From Candidatus Fervidifonticultor secundus (GTDB taxonomy: Bacteria; Sysuimicrobiota; Sysuimicrobiia; Sysuimicrobiales; Humicultoraceae): 64,000 bases of DNA. The notes below the pieces were generated by a model that made no database searches, was not told where the DNA came from, and saw nothing but the letters and a program-made list of their open reading frames with translations. Below, in pieces: positions 9,803 through 18,864 of the stretch. A program made the position numbers and the translations under genes. Each line of letters starts with the position of its first letter. Position 1 is the first letter of the stretch. The stretch spans positions 128,001 through 192,000 of the forward strand of contig JAVKIP010000001.1 of assembly GCA_031459385.1 (NCBI GenBank), read 5' to 3'.

Positions 9803-10975
9803 ATGCGGTGCCAGCTGGTAGTGACGGCGATCCTGGTTCTCGCCCTGAGCCTCTCCGGGGTCGCGGCGCCGGCCCCGGCGCCCACACCCGGCTATCGCGG
9901 CATCGCGCTGTCGACGTCGTATCCGGCGCAGACCGTGCGGTCGGGCGAGCCGGCGTCGTTGACGCTGACCGTCAAGAACTACGGCGAGCCGCCCCAGGTG
10001 GTCACCCTGCGCGTGGTGGAGTCGGCGCGGGGCTGGAAGGCCACGCTGCTGGGCGGTGGGCGGCCGATCGGCGCGGTCCACGTCGGTCCCGACCAGGAGG
10101 TCACGGTCACGCTGCGGCTGGAACCCCCGGCAGGGGCGCGTCCCGGGACGTACCGATTTCGGGTCGCCGCCGAGGGGCAGAGCGGCCGGTCCGACCTGCC
10201 CCTCCAGATCACCCTGGGACAGGTGCTGCCCCCGCGGCTCAGCCTGACGGCGGAACTGCCGGTGCTGCGCGGTCCTGCCACCTCGTCGTTCAAGTACCGG
10301 CTGACGCTGAAGAACGACAGCGATCAGGACATCCTGGCGAGCCTGGAGGCTGACGTGCCCAGGGGCGCGCAGATCAGCTTCACCCCGGCCTTCGGCAGCC
10401 AGCAGGTGACCAGCCTGCCGGTCAAGGCCGGGGAGTCCAAAGACCTCGACGCCGAGGTGACGCTGCCGCGCACCGCCAGCGCCGGCAGCTACCCGGTGAC
10501 GGTGCGCACCACAGGCGGCGGCGCGCGGGCGGAAGTCAAGCTGACGCTGGAGGTCACCGGCCGGCCCGACCTCTCCATCACGACGCCCGAAGGCCGGCTC
10601 TCGGGCAGCGCCAACGCGGGGCGCGATGCGACCGTGAAGCTCGTGGTGAAGAACACCGGCAGCGCGCCGGCACGCGACGTGGAGCTGTCGGCGTCCGAGC
10701 CCAGCGGGTGGAAGGTGACGTTCGAGCCGCAGCGGATCGACCAGATCCCGGTGAACGAGCAGAGGGAAGTGACCGCCACCGTCCGGCCGTCGGCCAAGGC
10801 CGTCGCCGGAGACTACATGGTCACGCTGCGGGCCAACGCCGGCGACGTCTCCACCTCGGCCGACTTCCGCGTGACGGTGCTGACGTCCACGCTCTGGGGA
10901 ATCGGTGGCATCGCCCTGGTGGCGGTGGCCCTGGCCGTGGTGGGGCTGGCAGTCTCGAGGTACGGGCGACGGTGA
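9803..10975 (+). CDS. Exported NEW3/Ig-like repeat protein (COG1470-like) with C-terminal membrane anchor
   Basis: Signal peptide, three beta-rich repeats (LTVKNYG, LTLKNDS, LVVKNTG...GDY.VT), C-terminal TM helix then RYGRR. Confidence 0.8.
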   Translation: MRCQLVVTAILVLALSLSGVAAPAPAPTPGYRGIALSTSYPAQTVRSGEPASLTLTVKNYGEPPQVVTLRVVESARGWKATLLGGGRPIGAVHVGPDQEVTVTLRLEPPAGARPGTYRFRVAAEGQSGRSDLPLQITLGQVLPPRLSLTAELPVLRGPATSSFKYRLTLKNDSDQDILASLEADVPRGAQISFTPAFGSQQVTSLPVKAGESKDLDAEVTLPRTASAGSYPVTVRTTGGGARAEVKLTLEVTGRPDLSITTPEGRLSGSANAGRDATVKLVVKNTGSAPARDVELSASEPSGWKVTFEPQRIDQIPVNEQREVTATVRPSAKAVAGDYMVTLRANAGDVSTSADFRVTVLTSTLWGIGGIALVAVALAVVGLAVSRYGRR

Positions 10976-11913
10976 GCGCACCCTCGCCGGTCATCGAAAC
11001 CCAGAACCTGACCAAGCGGTACGGTACGTTCACGGCCGTGGACGGCCTCACGCTGCGCATCCAGGCCGGCCAGGTGTTCGGGCTGCTGGGGCCCAACGGG
11101 TCCGGGAAGACCACCACGATCCTCATGCTGCTGGGGTTGACCGAGCCCACCAGCGGGACTGCCCGGGTGCTGGGCGAGGATCCGGCGCGCAACCCGCTGG
11201 CCGTGAAGCGTCGGGTGGGCTATCTGCCGGACTCGGTGGGATTCTATGACGAACTGACCGCCTACGAGAACCTGGCCTACACCGCCCGGCTCAACGGCCT
11301 GCGGGCGCGCGAGGCCGACCGACGTATCGCCGAGGTGCTGCAGCGCATGGGCCTGGGGGAGGTGGCCGACAAGGCCGTCGCGACGTTCTCGCGGGGCATG
11401 AAGCAGCGCCTGGGGCTCGCGGAGGTCCTGCTCAAGCAGCCGCAGGTGGCGATCCTCGACGAGCCCACGGCCGGCCTCGACCCGCACGCCGCCCACGAGT
11501 TCCTCGACCTCATCCGTGGGCTTCGGGTCGACGGGTTGACGGTGCTGCTGTCCTCCCACCTGCTCCACCAGGTGCAGGCCGTGTGCGACCGGGTGGGGTT
11601 GTTCAACAAGGGGAAGATGGTCCTGGAGGGCACCGTGGAGGACCTGGCCCGGCGCGTGCTGGGCGGCGCCTACCGCATCAGGGTCGAGGTCACGGGAGAC
11701 GACCAGCTGGACGCAGCGCTCGCGGGCCTCCCGGGCGTGGTCCGGGTGCGGCGCGAGCGACCGGGCCTCTACAGCCTGGATACGCAGACCGACCTGCGCG
11801 GGGAGGTGGCCCGCCGCATCGCCGGCACCCGGGCGAACCTCCTCGGCATCACCATCGAACAGCCCAGCCTCGACGAGGTATACGAGAAGTACTTCCAGGT
11901 GAGCGCGGCATGA
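10972..11913 (+). CDS. ABC exporter ATP-binding protein
   Basis: GTG start overlapping the upstream stop; [22 protein letters not shown]. Confidence 0.92.
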   Translation: MSAPSPVIETQNLTKRYGTFTAVDGLTLRIQAGQVFGLLGPNGSGKTTTILMLLGLTEPTSGTARVLGEDPARNPLAVKRRVGYLPDSVGFYDELTAYENLAYTARLNGLRAREADRRIAEVLQRMGLGEVADKAVATFSRGMKQRLGLAEVLLKQPQVAILDEPTAGLDPHAAHEFLDLIRGLRVDGLTVLLSSHLLHQVQAVCDRVGLFNKGKMVLEGTVEDLARRVLGGAYRIRVEVTGDDQLDAALAGLPGVVRVRRERPGLYSLDTQTDLRGEVARRIAGTRANLLGITIEQPSLDEVYEKYFQVSAA

Positions 11914-12887
11914 TCCGGCGTGAAGGCGCCCCGCAGCGCGAGGGCTCGCCCTGGACTGGCCTGTGGGCCGTGGTCTTCAAGGAAATGGCCGACCACCTCT
12001 CCAGCGCGCGGATGCGGGTCCTGGAGGGGTTGATTCTGCTGACGGCTATCGGCACGGTCTACCTGGCGATCCAGAACATCCGGCAGACGATCGGCGAGGA
12101 CCCGTTCCTGTTCCTGCGCCTGTTCACCACGGCCCAGGAGCCGCTGAACTACTCGTTCGTGGCGTTCATGGGCTTCCTCGTGCCGCTGACGGCCATCGCC
12201 CTGGGGTTCGACGCCGTCAACGGCGAGTACAACCGCCGGACCCTGTCGCGGGTGCTGGCGCAGCCCATCTACCGCGACGCTCTGCTGCTGGGCAAGTTCC
12301 TCGGAGCGCTCTTCACCCTGACCATCACGCTCGCCGGCCTGTGGCTGCTGGTTACCGGTCTGGGCATCTACCGGCTGGGCGTGATTCCCAGCGGCGAGGA
12401 GGTCGCCCGCAGCCTGCTGTTCCTGCTGGCGACGGTCACCTACGCCGCCATCTGGCTGGCGCTGGCCATGATGTTCTCGGTACAGTTCCGCCAGCCGGCC
12501 ACCTCCGCGATGGCCGCCATGGCCGTCTGGCTGTTCTTCGCGGTCTTCTGGGACATCATCGCCCGCATCGTGGCGGGGATCGTGCGGCCCGTGCAGTACG
12601 GCTTCGGGGAGGAGCAGCTGGCGCAGGCGCAGCTGCAGCTGTTCCTCGCGCGCCTGTCGCCCAACACGCTCTACGCGGAGATGCTCCTGGCGTTCCTGAA
12701 CCCCCAGGTGCGGGCCCTGGGGCCCGTGCTCCTGGCCCAGCTCGAAGGGGCGATCCTGGGCACGCCCCTGCCGCTCGGGCAGAGCCTGCTGCTGGTCTGG
12801 CCGCAGCTCACCGGGCTCATCGCTGCCGTGCTGGTGCTCTTCGCGGTAACCTACGTGAACTTCCAGCGGCAGGAAGTGCGGGCGTGA
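11910..12887 (+). CDS. ABC-2 type transporter permease
   Basis: ATG overlapping the upstream stop; [26 protein letters not shown] motif; multiple TM helices. Confidence 0.88.
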   Translation: MIRREGAPQREGSPWTGLWAVVFKEMADHLSSARMRVLEGLILLTAIGTVYLAIQNIRQTIGEDPFLFLRLFTTAQEPLNYSFVAFMGFLVPLTAIALGFDAVNGEYNRRTLSRVLAQPIYRDALLLGKFLGALFTLTITLAGLWLLVTGLGIYRLGVIPSGEEVARSLLFLLATVTYAAIWLALAMMFSVQFRQPATSAMAAMAVWLFFAVFWDIIARIVAGIVRPVQYGFGEEQLAQAQLQLFLARLSPNTLYAEMLLAFLNPQVRALGPVLLAQLEGAILGTPLPLGQSLLLVWPQLTGLIAAVLVLFAVTYVNFQRQEVRA

Positions 12888-12940
12888 GGGCGCACGGCGG
12901 TTCGACGACTGGCATGCTCCGTGCACACGGCACGCTGCGG

Positions 12941-13255
12941 CTACACGATCTGGTGCTCCTCGGCGAACATCGCGCCGGACTCGGCGCAGAAGTTCGTCAG
13001 GTCGATCATCACCTCGCGGCCAGCGGGCGTGGCGAGCGCGGCTGTGAAGGCCTCCTGCGAGTCGAAGTGCAGCTCCGCGATCCCCTGGACCAGCGGCTCG
13101 CCTCGCGGGGCGCCGGTGACGACGTTGACGGTGTAGCGCCGTAGCCCCTGGAGCCGCTCACGCACCAGCGGCGCGTGCACGTCGAGCCAGTAGCGCTTGA
13201 ACTGCTCGGGGCTCTGCCCGCTCTTGCCGCGCAGCCAGACCAGGACCTTGAACAC
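12941..13255 (-). CDS. EthD-like (dimeric alpha-beta barrel) protein
   Basis: GTG start with GGAGG SD; F.RYW...HAPLV...GLRRY and GIAELHFDS motifs. Confidence 0.82.
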   Translation of the reverse strand: MFKVLVWLRGKSGQSPEQFKRYWLDVHAPLVRERLQGLRRYTVNVVTGAPRGEPLVQGIAELHFDSQEAFTAALATPAGREVMIDLTNFCAESGAMFAEEHQIV

Positions 13256-13278
13256 CGCGCACCTCCCGTCCCGCCGGC

Positions 13279-14094
13279 TCAGGCCGGCGCCTTGCCACGC
13301 ATCTCGGCCACTGCGGCCGCGCCCATGACGTGGAAGCCGCTGTCCACGAACAGCGTGTTGCCGGTGACCGAGCGCGCCAGATCGCTGGCCAGGAAGACCG
13401 CCGCGTCGCCGACGTCCTCCTGCGAGATGTTGCGTCGCAGCGGCGCCACCTCCTCGACGACGTCGCGGAAGGCCGTGATGCCTCTGACGGCACTGGCGGC
13501 CAGGGTGCGTAGCGGGCCGGCAGAGATGGCGTTGACGCGGATGTTCGCCGGCCCCAGTTCGGCGGCCAGGTAGCGCACCTCGCACTCGAGGGCCGCCTTG
13601 GCGATCGCCATGACCCCGTAGGAGGGCACCACCGCCTCCACGGCGTTGTACGTCAGGGTCAGGATGGTCCCGCCCCCTGCGGCTTCCAGCAGTCCCCGTG
13701 CGGCGCCGGCCACGCGGAGCAGCGAGTAGGCGCTGATCTCCAGGGCCTGCGCGTAGCCCTGGCGCGAGATCTGGGTGAACGGCCGCGCCAGCTCCTCGCG
13801 TCCGGCGAACGCCAGGCAGTGGACCAGCACGTCGAGGGCGCCCCACTGCGCGGCCAGGCCTGCGAAGACCGCGTCGATCTGCTGGTCGCTCTGGACGTCG
13901 CAGGGGAAGATGGGGAACCGCTCTGCGCCGCCCAGTTCGGTGAGCAGCTCGACCAGGTTCTCCTTGAGCCGGTCGCTCTGGTAGGTGAACGCCAGCTGGG
14001 CGCCCTCGCGGTGGAACGCCCGGGCGATACCCCAGGCGATACTGCGCTTGTTGGCGACCCCCATGATCAGGGCCCGTTTGCCGTGCAGGAGCAC
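13279..14094 (-). CDS. fabI: Enoyl-ACP reductase FabI
   Basis: GVANKRSIAWGIA, Y..M..AKAALE, VNAISAGPLRTLA. Confidence 0.95.
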   Translation of the reverse strand: MLLHGKRALIMGVANKRSIAWGIARAFHREGAQLAFTYQSDRLKENLVELLTELGGAERFPIFPCDVQSDQQIDAVFAGLAAQWGALDVLVHCLAFAGREELARPFTQISRQGYAQALEISAYSLLRVAGAARGLLEAAGGGTILTLTYNAVEAVVPSYGVMAIAKAALECEVRYLAAELGPANIRVNAISAGPLRTLAASAVRGITAFRDVVEEVAPLRRNISQEDVGDAAVFLASDLARSVTGNTLFVDSGFHVMGAAAVAEMRGKAPA

Positions 14095-14291
14095 AGGACA
14101 CCTCGCCTCGTGGGGTGCAGACCGGGTTATCGGCTTCGGGATCGCCGGGCAGCGTCCCTCTCCAGTCTCGCCGCAGGTCTCGCGCGACGCGCGGGAGGAA
14201 GCCTCGGGCAGGCGGCGCGCCTGCGGTCGTGCCGGATGGTCCGCAGCCGCGCTCCGTCAACGCAGACGCGGCCTGCGGCGCGGGCGGCAGG

Positions 14292-14873
14292 CTACTTGTC
14301 GTACCACCGCCTGAGCCAGTCCCGCAGCATCGCGGCTTCCCGGCTCTCGGTCTGGACGATCTGCTGGGCCATGGCCCGCACCTCGGGGCGCGAGGCCTTG
14401 GTCACCGCCAGCCTGGCCAGGGCCACGCTGCCCTCCAGGTGGGCAGCGATCATCGGCAGGTAGACCTTCTCCAGGGCCGCGCCTTTCAGGCCGCGCACCT
14501 TCTTGACCGGCTCGGTCACGACGTTGGCGTTGCGCCGGCCGGGCGCGGCGCCAGCCGCCTGCAGCCAGTCCAGCATCTGCCGCACCTGACCGCTCTTGCG
14601 GTCGATCATGACCTGGTTCCACTGCAGCAGCTCGGGGTGGTCCGCGTTCAACGTCGCGGCCAGGGCGATCTCGATCGCCTCTTCGTGGACCGGGATCAGC
14701 TCGCGCATGAAGGCCACGTCGAACGTCGAGCCGTTGAGCTTCGACAGGGCCGCCACGGCGGGGTGAGGCGCGGTCCTGGCGGCGGTGGGCGCCGGGGCGG
14801 TTGCGGCCGGATGGGCGGGCGGGACCACGGCGAGGACGAGGGCGATGGCGAGGAACAGGCCGGTCACGCGCAT
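14292..14873 (-). CDS. Exported DUF305 (ferritin-like) domain protein
   Basis: Signal peptide; FD.AFM...IP.HE.AI and MIAAH...V..A...EVRAMAQQI..Q..E...LRDW repeats. Confidence 0.75.
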   Translation of the reverse strand: MRVTGLFLAIALVLAVVPPAHPAATAPAPTAARTAPHPAVAALSKLNGSTFDVAFMRELIPVHEEAIEIALAATLNADHPELLQWNQVMIDRKSGQVRQMLDWLQAAGAAPGRRNANVVTEPVKKVRGLKGAALEKVYLPMIAAHLEGSVALARLAVTKASRPEVRAMAQQIVQTESREAAMLRDWLRRWYDK

Positions 14874-15051
14874 GGCACACCTCACAGGAGAGAGTCACCC
14901 GCCCCCCCGGCAAGGCGGCAGTGCCGTCTGACTGTGTACCCACCTGGGCCGCTGCTTAGGCCAGTGCGGGGCCGGCACGACCGCGGCCCGGCGCGTGCGC
15001 GGGCCGACACGCCGACCCCAGGCGCCGCTGCCCCGATCCGTTGCGTGGCGG

Positions 15052-15891
15052 TTACTTCTCGATCGGCACGTTCACCAGGCTGCCGTACTCGGTCCACGAG
15101 CCGTCGTAGTTGCGCACGCGGGGATAGCCCAGCAGCTCCCGCAACACGAACCATGTGTGCGACGAGCGCTCGCCGATGCGGCAGTAGGCGATGACCTCTT
15201 TGTCGGGTGTGATGCCCTGACTCTCGTAGAGCGCGCGCAGCTCCTCGGGCGCCTTGAAGGTCCCGTCTTCGCGGAGCGCCATGCCCCAGGGGACGTTCTT
15301 CGCACCGGGGATGTGCCCGCCGCGCTGGGCGCCTTCCTGCGGCAGGTTCTCGGGCGCCAGCAGTTCGCCTGCGTATTCCTTCGGCGAGCGCACGTCCACC
15401 AGGCCGTGCCCTGGCTGGCCGACGCGCTGGAGCACGTAGTCGCGCAGGGCCCGGATCTCGGTGTCGGGCACTGCGGCGCGGTACCGGGTGCGCGGGTAGG
15501 CCGGCACCTCCCGCACGAGCGGCCGACCTTCGTCGCTCCACTTCTTGCGCCCGCCGTTCATGATCCGCACGTCGCCGTGCCCGTAGTACCGAAAGATCCA
15601 GTAGGCCCACGCAGCGAACCAGTTGTTGTTGTCGCCGTAGAAGACCACGGTGTGGTCGTTGCCCACCCCGGCCTCGCCCAACAGGGTCTCGAACTGAGCC
15701 TGCGACGGCAAATCGCGCCGCAGGGGGTCGGCCAGGTCGACTTTCCAGTCCAGGTTGAGCGCGCCGGGGATGTGCCCCTGCGCGTAGACCTCGCGGTCCA
15801 CCGAGACCTCGACGATGCGCAGGCCCGGATCGCGCAGGTGCTCGGCGACCCACCCGGTCTCCACCAGCACATCAGGCTTGGCGTATCCCAT
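15052..15891 (-). CDS. Tandem-domain rhodanese / thiosulfate sulfurtransferase
   Basis: GHIPGA twice, active-site [17 protein letters not shown] signature. Confidence 0.93.
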   Translation of the reverse strand: MGYAKPDVLVETGWVAEHLRDPGLRIVEVSVDREVYAQGHIPGALNLDWKVDLADPLRRDLPSQAQFETLLGEAGVGNDHTVVFYGDNNNWFAAWAYWIFRYYGHGDVRIMNGGRKKWSDEGRPLVREVPAYPRTRYRAAVPDTEIRALRDYVLQRVGQPGHGLVDVRSPKEYAGELLAPENLPQEGAQRGGHIPGAKNVPWGMALREDGTFKAPEELRALYESQGITPDKEVIAYCRIGERSSHTWFVLRELLGYPRVRNYDGSWTEYGSLVNVPIEK

Positions 15892-15970
15892 CGCGATCCC
15901 CCCGTCGGTCTGTGCTCCACGCCTGCGCGACGCCCGGGAGCCCCCGGGTCCCTGCGCGGCGTCGGCGGGC

Positions 15971-16189
15971 TCAGCCGTCCACCGGCGTCGCCGCGGCGAT
16001 GTGGTGGTAGTGGATCGTCTGGCGCGCGCCCGGCGTCCCCTCGGGCTCGACGGTAACCACTGCGCCGTCCAGGGCGTCCAGCACGCCCAGCACGCGGCCC
16101 GTGACGATCGGGCCGCCCGGGGCTCCCGGCACCAGCGCCAGCGTCGCGCGACGCCCGACCAGTCGCTGCAGCTCCTCTCTGGTGACCAT
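15971..16189 (-). CDS. Small 72-aa hypothetical protein, possibly Sm/LSm (Hfq-like) fold
   Basis: ATG at 16189 with GGAGGGAGGG SD; co-oriented between the ATP-grasp and rhodanese genes. The fold call is inference from pattern. Confidence 0.7.
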   Translation of the reverse strand: MVTREELQRLVGRRATLALVPGAPGGPIVTGRVLGVLDALDGAVVTVEPEGTPGARQTIHYHHIAAATPVDG

Positions 16190-16215
16190 GCCCTCCCTCC
16201 CCCGGCCGCGGCCGC

Positions 16216-17229
16216 CTATGCCGTCACGGGAGATGCGATGACCCCGAGCCGCCTCTCGAGGAAGTCCGCAAACACGGCGTAGGGATCGAAGCCCACGACC
16301 CGACGGGCGTCGGTCACGAAATTGGACAGCACGTTGATGTCGTAGTAGTACCGGCGACCGTCGCGCTGGCTCACCAGGTACTCGATCCCGCCAACATCCA
16401 GCCGGGCCGCCGCGGCGATCTGCTGCACCTCGTCGAGCACCTGCGCCGGCGGCCGGTAGCCCTCGACGCGCAGGTTGGTCTTCGGCAGGTCTACCGGGCA
16501 GAGGTCCACCGCCGACTTGGCGGTCTGTGGCGGTGCCGCCGGCGCCCCCGTCCCGTCGGTCTGGCAGATGTCGGCCGGGCAGAGGTTGAACCCCGCCCCG
16601 GGATCCGGGAAGACCTTGATGGCGTACAGGAACCGGCCGTCGAGCACCTCGACCCGCACGATGTGCCCGTCCGCCGGCGCATGGTACTCCTGCACGAGGG
16701 CCACTCGGTCGATGCCCAGGTCGAGTGTCCCCGCCCGCGCAGCGGCGTCCAGGTCCTCCCAGCGGTCGAAGCGGCGGATCCCGGCGCCGCTTCCGCCGAT
16801 GTTGGGCTTCACCAGCACGGGGACGGCGAGTTCGCGGGCGGCGGCAGCGGCCTGTCGGGCGGTATTCACCACCCGGGTGCGGGGATGCGGCAGGCCCAGC
16901 CGCGCCAGCAAGGCCACCTGCGCGGCCTTGGAGAGTTCCAGGGCGAACGCCGCCGCCCCGTTCACCACCGGGACTCCCACGGACTCCAGCCACTGCAGGT
17001 AGGCGAGGGACGCGAAGATCGCGTGGCCGTGGCCCCGCACGTAGGCCGAGGGGCTCATGCGGTTGACGACGAGGTCGTAGGGCGCCCGCCGGTCGGCCGG
17101 GTCGAACGCCAGGTCTGCGGCGTGAATCCGCGCATACGGCACGCCCCGGCGGTCGAGCTCCGCGAAGAGCGGCACGAACCATTCGGGGTGTTCGTAGAGA
17201 ATGCCCAGTCGCGGCCAGGTGGTGCTCAT
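16216..17229 (-). CDS. ATP-grasp ligase (RimK/glutathione synthetase-like)
   Basis: VLVKPNIGGSGAGI, LVQEY, GIEYL, YDIN..SNF ATP-grasp motifs; FNLCPADIC segment. Confidence 0.85.
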   Translation of the reverse strand: MSTTWPRLGILYEHPEWFVPLFAELDRRGVPYARIHAADLAFDPADRRAPYDLVVNRMSPSAYVRGHGHAIFASLAYLQWLESVGVPVVNGAAAFALELSKAAQVALLARLGLPHPRTRVVNTARQAAAAARELAVPVLVKPNIGGSGAGIRRFDRWEDLDAAARAGTLDLGIDRVALVQEYHAPADGHIVRVEVLDGRFLYAIKVFPDPGAGFNLCPADICQTDGTGAPAAPPQTAKSAVDLCPVDLPKTNLRVEGYRPPAQVLDEVQQIAAAARLDVGGIEYLVSQRDGRRYYYDINVLSNFVTDARRVVGFDPYAVFADFLERRLGVIASPVTA

Positions 17230-17322
17230 CGCTGTCCTCCCTCATCGGCGGGCGCCCGGCGGCCGGTAAGGCCAGGTGCGCCCGCAGCGCACGTCGTGCT
17301 CGAGGTGTGTGGTGACTTCGGT

Positions 17323-17424
17323 CTACGCCGGGTGAGCAGGCGAAGGCCTGGGAGCCTTCGCCCGAGGACAGATGCAGTCCCGAGGGAGGGGGAGGTGTCG
17401 TGCGTCCTGCCACGTCGCTCGCAT
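17323..17424 (-). CDS. Putative Cys-containing leader peptide, copy 1 (MRATWQDARHLPLPRDCICPRAKAPRPSPAHPA)
   Basis: ATG 11 nt after a good -10 box; PRDCICP matches PRECICP in the second leader at 18661; 9-bp hairpin at 17339-17362. Confidence 0.6.
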   Translation of the reverse strand: MRATWQDARHLPLPRDCICPRAKAPRPSPAHPA

Positions 17425-17435
17425 GTTTGCTGCTG

Positions 17436-17464
17436 ATCCTAGCACACCGGCTGCCTCCGCGCAA
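17436..17464 (-). promoter_or_regulatory. Sigma70-type promoter driving the leader peptide / ATP-grasp operon
   Basis: TTGCGC-N17-TAGGAT with extended TG on the minus strand. Confidence 0.65.
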
Positions 17465-17556
17465 TCCACGCGCGGAGTGCGGAGTATAGAAGGGAGTCCA
17501 TCTCCCGTCTCCGTCACATCCGAGGGAACGGCACAGGCAGGCGCGAACCCTGGGGC

Positions 17557-18576
17557 GTGGACCGACGGTGGCTGCGCCTCGCGGCGTGGGGGGCCGGAAT
17601 CCTCGTCGTCTGGTGGGGCCTCGGGCAGTTGCGGGTGCTCACCGGCACGGCGGTGGTGGTCCTCATCATCACCTTCCCGATCTACCCGCTGGTGGACTGG
17701 CTGGAGCGCCGGGGCCTGGGACGCGCCGCAGCGGCTGCCCTGGTGCTGCTGGCAGTGCTGGCCGGGCTGGCCCTCGGCCTGGCCGTGATCATCCCCTGGA
17801 TCGTCGATCAGGTGCACGTGCTGATCCGCATCGCGCCGTCCGGGATCCGGGCGGTTACCGACCTGCTGGCGCGCTGGCAGATGCAGGTCGCTGAGCCGAC
17901 CTTCCCCGCGTTGCTGCGGACGGCCTGGGAGCGCGCCGGCGAGACCGCGGTCAGCGCGGCCAACGGCCTGGCGTCGCGTCTGGTGAACACCGTGGTGGGC
18001 TGGCTGGGCCAGCTCTACCTGGTGCTGCTGCTGCCCTTCATCATCTACTTCGTCCTGCTCGACTACCGGCGGGTGCGCGACGCCGGGCTGCGGCTGCTGC
18101 CGGCGGACGCGCGTCCGCGGGTCGAGGGGCTGCTCGAGACGCTGACGCGCACCCTGCGCTGGGGGCTGTGGGCGCAGGTCGTGGTGAGCGCTGTCGTGGG
18201 CGGGCTGACAGCCGTGGGGCTCGCGCTGGCCGGCGTGCCGGGCCCGCTCGCCATCGGACTGTTCGCCGGGGTGGCCGAGGCGGTCCCCTACATCGGCGGG
18301 TTCGCCACGTACGCCGTGGCCCTGCTGGCGGCGATCCCGCAGGGCGGCGCTGCCTGGATGTGGGCCGTGGTGGTGGTCACCGCGGTGAAGCTGCTCTCCA
18401 ACGTGCTGGTGCCCCTCGTGCTGGGGAAGTTCACGCAGACCCACCCGCTGGCCATCATCGCGGCGCTCCTGGCCCTGGGGCAGCTCTTCGGCCTGGTGGG
18501 CATGTTCTTCGCCGTGCCGGTGGTGGTCATCATCCGGGAGGTGCTGGCGTGGTGGCAGGCCGCGCGGGCGACCTGA
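17557..18576 (+). CDS. AI-2E (UPF0118/PerM) family transporter
   Basis: YPLVDWLER, YFVLLDY, VPYIG, HPLAII.AL..G..LFG.VGM..AVP motifs. Confidence 0.88.
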   Translation: MDRRWLRLAAWGAGILVVWWGLGQLRVLTGTAVVVLIITFPIYPLVDWLERRGLGRAAAAALVLLAVLAGLALGLAVIIPWIVDQVHVLIRIAPSGIRAVTDLLARWQMQVAEPTFPALLRTAWERAGETAVSAANGLASRLVNTVVGWLGQLYLVLLLPFIIYFVLLDYRRVRDAGLRLLPADARPRVEGLLETLTRTLRWGLWAQVVVSAVVGGLTAVGLALAGVPGPLAIGLFAGVAEAVPYIGGFATYAVALLAAIPQGGAAWMWAVVVVTAVKLLSNVLVPLVLGKFTQTHPLAIIAALLALGQLFGLVGMFFAVPVVVIIREVLAWWQAARAT

Positions 18577-18660
18577 GCCGCGCGACGCCCCCTTGCGGCA
18601 GGGCGGGCCATGTGGTAGGTACGAGGTAACCGCCGTGCCGGCGGTCTGCGAGGTTCGCCG

Positions 18661-18738
18661 ATGAGCAGGGCGAGAGCCAGCCGCTGGAACGCCGCGAGTC
18701 GTCCGCGCGAGTGCATCTGTCCGTCGCGAAGGCGATAG
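18661..18738 (+). CDS. Putative Cys-containing leader peptide, copy 2 (MSRARASRWNAASRPRECICPSRRR)
   Basis: ATG with GAGG SD; PRECICP motif; 9-bp hairpin 18725-18746 containing the stop; TTGCGG-N17-TAGGTA promoter-like sequence at 18593-18621. Confidence 0.6.
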   Translation: MSRARASRWNAASRPRECICPSRRR

Positions 18739-18864
18739 CCTTCGCGTTCCCCGCGTAGTCCAGTCATCTGCTGCTTTACTGCCGGGTCGGGGTGCCCGGA
18801 GGTGTGCACCGGTTCCGGGCGTGTCCGGCCCCTGGTGCCGAGAGGACGCCGGAGGTGGCGTGCG

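Noticed and set aside
17323..17424. Leader peptide as a RiPP (graspetide) precursor for the adjacent ATP-grasp enzyme
   Set aside because: It lacks the Thr/Ser/Lys and Asp/Glu core repeats, and the same motif occurs before an ABC importer with no modifying enzyme. A cis-regulatory role fits better.
17230..17440. SAM riboswitch or T-box upstream of the sulfur genes
   Set aside because: I found no SAM-I core (ATC..GAG...GCAACC...GTGC) or T-box (GGTGG.ACC) consensus in either leader.
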